A stretch of 64,000 bases of DNA from an uncultured Acidobacteriota bacterium (GCA_963748845.1 CAVVKE010000002.1:728856-792855); one strand, 5' to 3'; positions 8,998 through 16,339 are shown, counted from the stretch's first letter. Translations and numbers: made by a program. The notes: a model not told the origin generated them from the sequence alone.

Positions 8998-9447
8998 ATG
9001 AAAACGCCAACCAAAACATCCCCCAAACCGCCCTCGCGACATGGCCTGCGTGGTCTGATGGCCCGGGTATCGCACCGCGGGCTGGCCGCGATTGATCGGC
9101 GATCGGCTGGCTACCGTGCCCTCGTTGGATGGCGTCGTGAACTCGAGACGGACCTCGGCGGTGCTGACCATCTTTCAGCGCAGCAGCGGGCCCTTATTGA
9201 GAGCGTATGCCGGATGCGGTTGTATCTCGACCACCTTGACGCCTGGCTGATGTCGCAGGCCACGCTCATCAGGAAGAGGACGCTCTTGCCGATATTCCGT
9301 GAGCGGATGGACTTGGCGGGCAGGCTGGAACGTACGCTCGGTGTACTTGGGTTACAGCGTCAGGAACCGCCCGCGCCGTCGATCGCTGAATTCGTCGAGC
9401 GGGTAAAGCCGCACCCTGTGGACGAATTAGAGAGGGAGCCTGAATGA
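8998..9447 (+). CDS. Putative small terminase subunit (P27-like), otherwise hypothetical
   Basis: Sits immediately upstream of, and overlaps (ATGA), the large terminase gene. Helical 149-aa protein ending ...RLERTLGVLGLQRQ. Confidence 0.4.
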   Translation: MKTPTKTSPKPPSRHGLRGLMARVSHRGLAAIDRRSAGYRALVGWRRELETDLGGADHLSAQQRALIESVCRMRLYLDHLDAWLMSQATLIRKRTLLPIFRERMDLAGRLERTLGVLGLQRQEPPAPSIAEFVERVKPHPVDELEREPE

Positions 9448-11117
9448 ACATCCTCGAGAGCATGTCTGATCCCAAAGCGTTCGCGCCGACTTTCAAGCGG
9501 CGCCTGCTACGCGGCGACACTTGGGCGGCGTGGAAAGTGTTCCTCGCTGTACTGTTCGCTTTGCCGCTGACTGACGAACAGCGCGAGCTGTGCGCGAAGC
9601 ATACAGGCCGGACAGATTTGCCCGGGGAAGCCTTCCACGAAGCCTTCGTGATCGCCGGTCGTCGCTCGGGCAAGTCGCTCATCGCTGCGCTCGTGGCTGT
9701 TTTCCTTGCATGCTTCAAGAACTATGACGACGTGCTCGCACCCGGCGAAACCGGCTCGGTCGTGATTCTCAGTTCTGATCGTCGTCAGGCGCGAGTAATT
9801 TTCAACTACGTGGCTGCGTTCCTCGAGGCGCCACTGCTCAAGTCGATGGTGATCTCGCTGTTGAAAGAGTCGGTCATCTTGTCGAACCGCGTCGCGATCG
9901 AGATTCACACTTCGGACTTCAGGGCCGTGCGCGGATACACCGCCGTCGCGGCGATCTGCGACGAAGTGGCATTCTGGCCGGCCGAGGATACGGCGAATCC
10001 CGACACCGAGACGTTGAATGCGATCCGGCCGGCGATGGCGACGATTCCCGATGCGTTGCTGCTCTGCATCAGCTCACCCTACGCGAAAAAGGGCGAACTG
10101 TGGCGCGCGTTTCGTGAGCACCATGGAAAATCCGATTCTCCCGTGCTGGTTTGGAAATCGAGCAGCAAGGAAATGAACCCAACGCTTTCGACCGCCATCG
10201 TTACAGCGGCGTATCTCAGGGATCGAAGTGCAGCGGCTGCAGAATTCGGCGGCGAGTTTCGCGACGATGTCGAGTCTTTCATTTCCATCGAAGTCGTCGA
10301 GTCGCGCGTCGTCTCAGGCACATTCGAGCTTGCGCCTATTGCAGGTCGAGACTACTTCGGCTTTGTCGATCCATCTGGTGGCAGAAGCGATTCGATGACG
10401 CTTGCGATTGCGCATTCCCACAACGGTATGGGCGTGCTCGACTGCCTTCGGGAAATCCAAGCGCCTTTTTCACCGGAGGATGCCAGCGCCGAATTTGCCG
10501 AGGTGTTGAAGCGTTACGGTCTTTCCGACGTTCAAGGCGATCATTACGGCGGCGAATGGCCGCGCGAGGCGTTCGGGAAAAAAGGTGTTGGCTATCGCCT
10601 TGCCGACAAGACACGCAGCGAATTATATCTAGCGCTCTTGCCGGCGCTGATGAGCGGCCAGGTCGAACTCCTCGACAATCAACGGCTCGTGAATCAGCTT
10701 GTCGGGCTTGAGCGGCGCACGGCACGCAGCGGGAAGGATTCGGTCGATCACGGGCCAGGCGCGCACGATGACGTGGCGAACGCAGCGGCCGGCGCGCTGG
10801 TCCGGGCTCTTGGTGGCGCCGGCCTGATGGATTGGTTTCGTGAGCAGGCAAGCTGGGCGAGCAAGCCGGAGCCCGTCGAGCTCCCCACGCCACAAGAGGT
10901 CCAGCGCGAGCTGCTACAGCAAGCCGGCATCGTTAGGAGGTCGCGTTCCGCTGCGGAACTGGCGAAGCTGACGGCCGAGAAAGCAGCACCAGGCCCAGCA
11001 GCGTGTGTGGAATGCGGCAGTGGAAATCTATTCCGCGGGCCACATGGGAGTGCGAGGTGCAGCAAGTGCGGTCACGTGATGCCCGGGCCGGACCGGTCGG
11101 TAAACATGGGTGTCTGA
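9444..11117 (+). CDS. Terminase large subunit with a C-terminal zinc-ribbon extension
   Basis: Walker A-like IAGRRSGKSLIAA and Walker B AAICDEVAFW. Nuclease-domain acidic motifs GFVDPSGGRSDSMTLAIAH and GAHDDVANAAAGA. C-terminus CVECGSGNLFRGPHGSARCSKCGH. Confidence 0.85.
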   Translation: MNILESMSDPKAFAPTFKRRLLRGDTWAAWKVFLAVLFALPLTDEQRELCAKHTGRTDLPGEAFHEAFVIAGRRSGKSLIAALVAVFLACFKNYDDVLAPGETGSVVILSSDRRQARVIFNYVAAFLEAPLLKSMVISLLKESVILSNRVAIEIHTSDFRAVRGYTAVAAICDEVAFWPAEDTANPDTETLNAIRPAMATIPDALLLCISSPYAKKGELWRAFREHHGKSDSPVLVWKSSSKEMNPTLSTAIVTAAYLRDRSAAAAEFGGEFRDDVESFISIEVVESRVVSGTFELAPIAGRDYFGFVDPSGGRSDSMTLAIAHSHNGMGVLDCLREIQAPFSPEDASAEFAEVLKRYGLSDVQGDHYGGEWPREAFGKKGVGYRLADKTRSELYLALLPALMSGQVELLDNQRLVNQLVGLERRTARSGKDSVDHGPGAHDDVANAAAGALVRALGGAGLMDWFREQASWASKPEPVELPTPQEVQRELLQQAGIVRRSRSAAELAKLTAEKAAPGPAACVECGSGNLFRGPHGSARCSKCGHVMPGPDRSVNMGV

Positions 11118-11141
11118 CTGGGCGGATTGGAGGTCACGTTC

Positions 11142-11498
11142 ATGCGCCTGACCGAAGCGCGATCGCGCGAGCTGCTGCGCGTTCATGGCATATACGCGAG
11201 GGAAGTCTGCGATGGATGCAGGAAGATCCTCGGGCACCTACGATTCACGCGCTACGGCGAGCCGGGAGAATGGTGTTCCCGGCAATGCAGAGATGGAGTG
11301 GAAGCTGCCGCGCAATATGTGGCAACCCGGAAGGGCGGGCGGCCACCGAAGTACCGCACGCAGGGGGAGAGGTGCAAGGCAAATGCGGGCTATCAGCGCG
11401 CGTTTCGCCAGAAAGGCCAGGATGTAAGAAAAACCCTACCGGAAGTTGCTGATTCTGCGGGAGTTAAAGGCGCGAATTTAGGGCTCCGTGTGGGGTAG
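11142..11498 (+). CDS. Cys-rich (zinc-binding) small protein with a KGGRPPKY basic motif
   Basis: ATG at 11142 lies 7 nt after GGAGGT. Motifs CDGCRKILG...WCSRQCRDG and RKGGRPPKYRT. Confidence 0.55.
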   Translation: MRLTEARSRELLRVHGIYAREVCDGCRKILGHLRFTRYGEPGEWCSRQCRDGVEAAAQYVATRKGGRPPKYRTQGERCKANAGYQRAFRQKGQDVRKTLPEVADSAGVKGANLGLRVG

Positions 11499-11552
11499 TA
11501 GCTTGGGATTCGCAAGACCGCGCGGCAGTAGCCCACTTCAGCCTTCCTTCAG

Positions 11553-11741
11553 GTGTTTCCGCTAGTATCCGCTCCGCGGAGGCGCAAAGTGTGGACCTTC
11601 AATTGGGGTATTTTCTGGGCGCTCATAGCCGCATACTTTGTTCGCGGCGTCTATAAATACTTTAGGCGGATAATCTTGCTTAGGGTCGCAACAGATGGCC
11701 GAGAAGCTACACTTCAGGATATTTTTGAACGACTACTGTGA
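11553..11741 (+). CDS. Possible small membrane protein
   Basis: 62-aa ORF with one hydrophobic segment, WGIFWALIAAYFV. Support is weak. Confidence 0.25.
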   Translation: MFPLVSAPRRRKVWTFNWGIFWALIAAYFVRGVYKYFRRIILLRVATDGREATLQDIFERLL

Positions 11742-11911
11742 GTCTGACCGCGACTCTCTGCCAGTCGGAGGCTTGACGCGGCGTTACGCCAAGTTCCTTC
11801 AAGTCAGCGATCAAAATACTATCATTGGATTTTGATTTTCTGTCGCCGCCGGCACGCTGGCGTTGCCCCTGTTCCTTGATCTCCTTTAGTAGTTCGCCCG
11901 CGTGACGCTCT

Positions 11912-12094
11912 TTAATGCTCGGCGATCGCGGCGATCACAGTGGCGTATGGGCCACCGCCGGTGAGAGTCCAGTCGGTCACGCTGTAAGTTCCCGCCGCCG
12001 CCGAGTTGCTGGTGACGTGCGCGGCGCCAGTATCGCCAGTGTCATCGCTTGTCCATCCCGCTGAAGTCAAACACCGTTGCCGATATGGTTGCAT
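11912..12094 (-). CDS. Hypothetical Thr/Gly/Ala-rich protein; may be a frameshifted continuation of the upstream gene
   Basis: Overlaps the stop of 12094..12627. Its C-terminal PYATVIAAIAEH is related at DNA level to the ALIAVTIIAAIT segment of the upstream ORF. Confidence 0.3.
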   Translation of the reverse strand: MQPYRQRCLTSAGWTSDDTGDTGAAHVTSNSAAAGTYSVTDWTLTGGGPYATVIAAIAEH

Positions 12095-12627
12095 CAAATT
12101 GTGCTGGCGACGCCAATGAAGGTGGCTTCGATCGACGTGCCCGTAGTTGTGATCGCGGCGATAATTGTGACGGCTATGAGGGCCGCAAGGGTGCCGTACT
12201 CGAGCGTGGTCACTTCCGGGGAGGCGCCCTTGTTCGGAACAGGGAGGACAGAGATAGGCAGCGTGAGAGGGAGTGGGATGTTGACGGGGGCCGATGTGGG
12301 ATTGGGGGGGTAAGTTAGCTGGAACGCGCTAATCCCATTGACCTGGTATGGATAGCCAGAAGTCGCGCCGATTGCGGTGACGTTGAAAGGGTTGCCGACG
12401 AGTAGCGTGGTGGTGAGGGCCTTCGCAGTGGAGATGGCCGTAAACGAAAGGGGGATGGTGGCGGTGATGTTCACCTGTTCGTCTGTGACGCTGTCGAAGA
12501 TGGAGCAGGTGAAGGTGAGGTTGGTGGTTGCGGTCGAGAAGCTGGTGCTTGACTGGGTTGGAACTGTGAACACGGTGAAGAGGAACAACGCGACAGTCAG
12601 CGACAACGCAAGCGATTTGCGATACAT
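12094..12627 (-). CDS. Secreted Thr/Ser-rich hypothetical protein
   Basis: Signal peptide MYRKSLALSLTVALFLFTVFTVPTQS, then a beta-rich T/S/N composition and a C-terminal hydrophobic segment. Confidence 0.5.
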   Translation of the reverse strand: MYRKSLALSLTVALFLFTVFTVPTQSSTSFSTATTNLTFTCSIFDSVTDEQVNITATIPLSFTAISTAKALTTTLLVGNPFNVTAIGATSGYPYQVNGISAFQLTYPPNPTSAPVNIPLPLTLPISVLPVPNKGASPEVTTLEYGTLAALIAVTIIAAITTTGTSIEATFIGVASTI

Positions 12628-12684
12628 AGGTTTTTCCTTTTCAGAGAGATTTAGACTCAGATGGTTTAAGTCTGAATTTCCGAT

Positions 12685-12810
12685 TTAGACCTTGGGGGCG
12701 CGCACATCGTATGCTTCTCCTACCCTGAACACAACAAGTTTTCCACAGGAGCAGGCCGCAGCAGAGGGCGCACAGAGGGGATAATAGAGAAAGATGATTT
12801 TCGTTTTCAT
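12685..12810 (-). CDS. Possible 41-aa Cys-containing peptide
   Basis: MKTKIIFLYYPLCAPSAAACSCGKLVVFRVGEAYDVRAPKV, with GGAG about 10 nt upstream of the ATG. Speculative. Confidence 0.25.
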   Translation of the reverse strand: MKTKIIFLYYPLCAPSAAACSCGKLVVFRVGEAYDVRAPKV

Positions 12811-12926
12811 GCGTTTGCATCTCCTCGAGTGATGGCAGGTGGATTCGCTCACGGTTGATCTCAGAGACTGATCAACTCCGGCACGCGCTCGTGTCACGAC
12901 CCGATTCCGGGGCGTTCGTTTTTAGA

Positions 12927-13205
12927 TCAACTATTGCGTGTGGTCATCAAGCCTGATTGCGGCGTGGCCACGGCCGGGGCGACTGGATTGCCAAGTGTTC
13001 CAGCGTTCGGCGCCTTCTCCGCGACGCTGCCAACGATGACTTCCCTCCGTTGAGCGAAACACGCGCCACAGTGGAAACATTTTTTCCCGTGCGGTCCCGA
13101 GAAGATTCCAGTTACGGCTCCGCATTCCGGGCAGGCGTCCGGCGTTGCCGACGTCGCGCCTTCCACTTCTGCCGCGGTCGGTTTCTGTTGGTTCGTTTTC
13201 ATCAC
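12927..13205 (-). CDS. Zinc-ribbon protein
   Basis: CPECGAVTGIFSGPHGKKCFHCG closely resembles the C-terminus of the terminase large subunit. Confidence 0.5.
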   Translation of the reverse strand: MMKTNQQKPTAAEVEGATSATPDACPECGAVTGIFSGPHGKKCFHCGACFAQRREVIVGSVAEKAPNAGTLGNPVAPAVATPQSGLMTTRNS

Positions 13206-13210
13206 TCCCC

Positions 13211-13426
13211 CTAGCAGATCCGTTCCGCTCCACTCCCGAATTTCACGACGGCGTGGGACGGGCCTGTGGGCATCTGTTTTTTCTGCGGCGTCGAATTGTC
13301 CACGGGCAGGCGGTGTTTATTCTGCCAGATCTCGCCGCACTTGAGACACTTCTTTCCGACCGCTGAGGAAAAGATGGAGCCCTGGCACGGTCCATCGTGT
13401 AATTCGGGTATGTGCTTCTCTTTCAA
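13211..13426 (-). CDS. Zinc-ribbon-like small protein, related to 12927..13205
   Basis: GPCQGSIFSSAVGKKCLKCGEIW. Confidence 0.4.
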   Translation of the reverse strand: MKEKHIPELHDGPCQGSIFSSAVGKKCLKCGEIWQNKHRLPVDNSTPQKKQMPTGPSHAVVKFGSGAERIC

Positions 13427-13435
13427 TGCGAATCC

Positions 13436-13963
13436 TCAAAAGCCATGCCGCGACGCGAAACTAGTCCGGGGACCGGCCGCTCGCCGCCCGAGTCCGCCCG
13501 GGAGCTGTTGAGTTTTTCGGGTGAACGAAAGGTCCAGCGAGTCAAGCGCGATCGCAATCCGCTCCGCCTTGCGCTTCAGGTCAGGATCGGAAGTGCGCGC
13601 GGCCGTCTTATAGAGGAGTGAAACGTCTTGGTCCCGCTTTAATTCCGTCGCTGACTTTTGGAGCTTCGCGGACTTCGCCGAAACGTCAGACGCGCTGGCC
13701 GCGCTTGGTGCGGCGCCGGATTCGATGGGGTTGACGCGGGTGCGTTCGCCTGGCGAGCTTAAATCCAGGTTGCCGTCATTCGGATCGCTCGCATCCGACA
13801 CAACTCCGCCCAGGAGATTAATTGCCTTATTGATATGCCCATGCCCGGGGTGGGCCATCGTGGGCAAGCTGGCCTTTGCATCGAGCAGCCGATCAAAAAC
13901 CTTGCCCCTCGTTGTCGAATCAACGTACAAACCGCTGCCGCCGTTGCTGTCTTTCAGCTTCAT
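13436..13963 (-). CDS. Hypothetical protein
   Basis: 175-aa ORF lying in series with the minus-strand cargo genes. No motif recognised. Confidence 0.45.
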   Translation of the reverse strand: MKLKDSNGGSGLYVDSTTRGKVFDRLLDAKASLPTMAHPGHGHINKAINLLGGVVSDASDPNDGNLDLSSPGERTRVNPIESGAAPSAASASDVSAKSAKLQKSATELKRDQDVSLLYKTAARTSDPDLKRKAERIAIALDSLDLSFTRKTQQLPGGLGRRAAGPRTSFASRHGF

Positions 13964-13991
13964 AAACGCTCCTTAGGCCCTTCCGGGTCGG

Positions 13992-14034
13992 AAACTTTTC
14001 AGTGTTTCTTTCCAGTGGTGGCACTGAAAAGTTT
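13992..14034 (-). other. Intergenic stem-loop with 13-bp perfect arms (AAACTTTTCAGTG-N17-CACTGAAAAGTTT)
   Basis: Seen directly in the sequence, immediately after the stop of 14035..14310. Confidence 0.5.
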
Positions 14035-14310
14035 TTAATCGTCTCCCTGAACGTCTCGCTGCTGGCAGGGAGACGTTTCGGAACCAAATATCGGTTCAAC
14101 GTCTGGCACTTCGCGGATCGCGCGCTCCCACCAGGACGCCGGATCTTCCTCGTACATACTCACAAGTTGAGCGTCATTTTCCACAAGTGCCGCAAATTGC
14201 CCGAGCAAACGAAACCGGTTGCCGTCGAGCTCGACGAATTCCGGCGACTCTGTGCCTGGCTCCGCGTCTACTAGACTCAAGCCTTGCTCACTAATGAAAA
14301 AACCGATCAC
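14035..14310 (-). CDS. Acidic hypothetical protein
   Basis: 91-aa ORF rich in Asp and Glu. Confidence 0.4.
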   Translation of the reverse strand: MIGFFISEQGLSLVDAEPGTESPEFVELDGNRFRLLGQFAALVENDAQLVSMYEEDPASWWERAIREVPDVEPIFGSETSPCQQRDVQGDD

Positions 14311-14330
14311 GATTTCCCTCTTTCAATCTC

Positions 14331-14403
14331 GCCGGCAACGTCACTCGGCTGAGCAGGTCCCTCTGTCTCGAAGTGCTGGAGAGGTCCAAGTGACGTCGCC
14401 GGC
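14331..14403 (-). other. Long-range inverted repeat with 15-nt arms (14/15 match) and a 43-nt spacer
   Basis: GCCGGCAACGTCACT ... AGTGACGTCGCCGGC, lying between two cargo ORFs. Confidence 0.4.
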
Positions 14404-14447
14404 GTTCACGCCGGACGATGGATCAGATCGCGGCGCAAAACTGTGTT

Positions 14448-14630
14448 TCAAGTCTCGCTCCTAAGCCTTTTCCGCGGCTTCGCAGCGCGGCCAGATGCGA
14501 CCGCGATTGCCCCAATGCCACGATGCAACCCGGCCAGTCGCGCGAGTGCCTTACGTTGGGCTGGTGTCTGCCGGCGAGCTCGAGCGATTCCGCCCCGCTT
14601 CCCTGCCGTGCTGCACGTAATCCGCATCAA
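14448..14630 (-). CDS. Small basic protein (GKRGGIARARRQTPAQRKALARLAG motif)
   Basis: Its Arg/Lys-rich pattern resembles the small DNA-binding proteins common in phages. Confidence 0.35.
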   Translation of the reverse strand: MMRITCSTAGKRGGIARARRQTPAQRKALARLAGLHRGIGAIAVASGRAAKPRKRLRSET

Positions 14631-14710
14631 CTAAGCCTCCAGCTCTGATGAGCGGCTACTATCCTCGCCGATTCAAGGTTGGTCGTCAAGGAAAAACTTT
14701 TACTCTCTTG

Positions 14711-14743
14711 GCACTTGCGATACTTGCGCATTGTCAAGTATCG
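14711..14743. promoter_or_regulatory. Operator-like cluster: direct repeat ACTTGCG x2 plus inverted repeat CGATACTTG-N8-CAAGTATCG
   Basis: Seen directly in the divergent region between the minus-strand cargo block and the proteasome-like gene. Confidence 0.3.
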
Positions 14744-14967
14744 TTTAGTCCCCCTTGCCCCCGCGCTCGAAGAGATCGAGCAGCGCTTCCTGGCGTGTTG
14801 CAGGACCTCAAGAGCTTGGCGCATACTGCGCGGGCCAAGCACATCGGGCCCGGGAAAGCTGGGCGTTAAAGAGGCGGATAGCACGATGCTTCACCCTTGG
14901 ATTCTTGGTGGAGCCTAGGGTGAATGCGGTGAGAAGGACTTGTAGCTAGCGGCAGGAGGAGTGTGCC

Positions 14968-15711
14968 ATGTCTGCCGCCGTCAGTCAAGAATATGTCAAC
15001 CTCGAAGAAGATGCGCGTGATCAAGAGAGAAAACGAATGACGTACCAATTGGCACTTGCAGGACGCGACGGGATTGTTCTCGCCAGTGATAGATGCGAGC
15101 GCCACGTTTCCAATACCGACCATGCGGCGAAAAACATGGTCGGCAAGATATTCATTGATCACACGTCTAAGTACGCATGGGCTTGTTCTGGAAGTGAGGC
15201 GGCTCCCTTCTTTGCCGACTACGTTCTAAAGGGAATTAAGGCCCTAGGAGAAACATTCTCTGAGGATGATGCGTTAAGAGCGTTTGAAGAGTCCTCACTA
15301 GCATTCGTTGAGGAGTACGCACAGAAACACGCTAGGGGACCCTGGGGATGCTCGCTCCTATTCATTTGCGGCCCAACAAAGAGAATTTTCAAACGGAAAC
15401 ACATTCCACCACGTCAAGAGGTCTACGAAGGACGATGCGTCGCCGGAGCGGAATCTAATTTAGCTGCGTTCCTTCCGTCTCGATTCTACTCATCAACTAT
15501 GTCGGTAGATGAATTGGCTTGGCTTGCAGCCTATTCAGTGCGGGCAGCACATGATCTAGACAACGGGATGATAGATGGTCTCGACATCGCGGTTTACCGT
15601 GATTCGACGCGCAAATTTCAATTTGCAAACAGCGCATCATACTGGGACGGAGTCCAAACTTTTGACCCGGAAATAGTCAAGCTCTTGAAGAAGAATCCTA
15701 TATCCGGCTAA
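14968..15711 (+). CDS. Proteasome beta-subunit / HslV-like Ntn-hydrolase family protein
   Basis: MTYQLALAGRDGIVLASD... contains Thr, then Asp 16 residues later, then GKIF. This matches the Thr1/Asp17/Lys33 layout. The distal region CVAGAESN...MSVDELAWLAAYSVRAAHDLDNGMIDGLDIAVY parallels archaeal beta-subunit GSGS...MTVDEG...ASGGMIDVAVI. ATG at 14968 follows AGGAGGAG. The internal ATG at 15037 would give an HslV-like Met-Thr N-terminus. Confidence 0.65.
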   Translation: MSAAVSQEYVNLEEDARDQERKRMTYQLALAGRDGIVLASDRCERHVSNTDHAAKNMVGKIFIDHTSKYAWACSGSEAAPFFADYVLKGIKALGETFSEDDALRAFEESSLAFVEEYAQKHARGPWGCSLLFICGPTKRIFKRKHIPPRQEVYEGRCVAGAESNLAAFLPSRFYSSTMSVDELAWLAAYSVRAAHDLDNGMIDGLDIAVYRDSTRKFQFANSASYWDGVQTFDPEIVKLLKKNPISG

Positions 15712-16003
15712 GCGAAGACTCATTACGTTTGGCGCTGGCAGCGGCTTGCGACGTTTCGGATCGTCGAGTGAGAGAACGCGTTTTCGGATTTCGCCGACTC
15801 GCAGCGCGCCGGCGTGTGGGCCGCGGCTTCAATCGCTTCTCCGGAGGCCTCCGGACAGCGGGCTGTGAATCGAGCTCGAGATCATCTTCCAAGTCAGGCA
15901 TCGTGGAAAAACAGATCCCGCAACCGGGCGCCGGCGCACCTTGCCGACTCGCGTTATACACTCCATGAGGGCATTTCGGGATTGTGGGGGCTGTGTCCAT
16001 CAT
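15698..16003 (-). CDS. Cys-containing hypothetical protein with an Arg-rich tail
   Basis: MMDTAPTIPKCPHGVYNASRQGAPAPGCGICF..., then RRPPEKRLKPRPTRRRAASRR. The start is uncertain (a TTG at 16063 is also possible). Confidence 0.35.
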   Translation of the reverse strand: MMDTAPTIPKCPHGVYNASRQGAPAPGCGICFSTMPDLEDDLELDSQPAVRRPPEKRLKPRPTRRRAASRRNPKTRSLTRRSETSQAAASAKRNESSLSRI

Positions 16004-16096
16004 GGCCCGGCATCCTACCACCAAAGGCCGCGTTATAAACTTTATACTGAATTCCAATCCCAAAACTCGGCGATGATGTCGCGGTCCCGAATGCCG

Positions 16097-16131
16097 CCGC
16101 GGTTCTTAAGAACCGCGGATAATTTATCCGC
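16097..16131. promoter_or_regulatory. Compound palindrome: a 22-bp perfect palindrome CCGCGGTTCTTAAGAACCGCGG overlapping a 17-bp palindrome GCGGATAATTTATCCGC
   Basis: Read directly from the sequence. It lies about 95 bp upstream of the 16003 start and about 210 bp from the att core copy. Confidence 0.55.
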
Positions 16132-16199
16132 TGGCCGGTGACGTACCAGGCCACGCGAACGCCATCCTGGACGTGACGACAGTTGCACGACAGCTTGCC

Positions 16200-16222
16200 C
16201 AGTATCCCCGTCAGTATGCCCG
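16200..16222. promoter_or_regulatory. Putative integrase arm-type site pair (CAGTATCCCCG-T-CAGTATGCCCG)
   Basis: Tandem 11-mers (10/11 identical). They match 2617..2637 at the other end of the element. Confidence 0.5.
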
Positions 16223-16339
16223 AACGTCTCAAAAGTAGTCGGATTCAGCCGCACGCAGATGAACGCAGCCAGACGCTAACACACTTTAGAATCAACGGCT
16301 TACTGATTTCAAAGGGTTTACGGTTTTCCAGGTTTCAGA

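Noticed and set aside
11710-11934. Minus-strand frame reading ...ERHAGELLKEIKEQGQRQRAGGDRKSKSNDSILIADLKELGVTPRQASDWQRVA..., which resembles a common phage/plasmid DNA-binding protein family
   Set aside because: The frame is open for only 75 codons between stops. It has no ATG, GTG or TTG before the conserved part, and the expected downstream region is absent. It is probably a gene remnant, not annotated as a CDS.
14627-14884. 85-aa minus-strand ORF overlapping the start of 14448..14630
   Set aside because: The protein has no recognisable features. The DNA contains tandem and inverted operator-like repeats and lies between divergent transcription units. I treat it as a regulatory spacer.
15954-16254. 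Two overlapping minus-strand ORFs (92 aa and 70 aa) near the att end
   Set aside because: They span the 22-bp and 17-bp palindromes and the putative arm-type repeats. They are in conflicting frames and I saw no convincing RBS. More likely this is non-coding attP-arm or promoter DNA.
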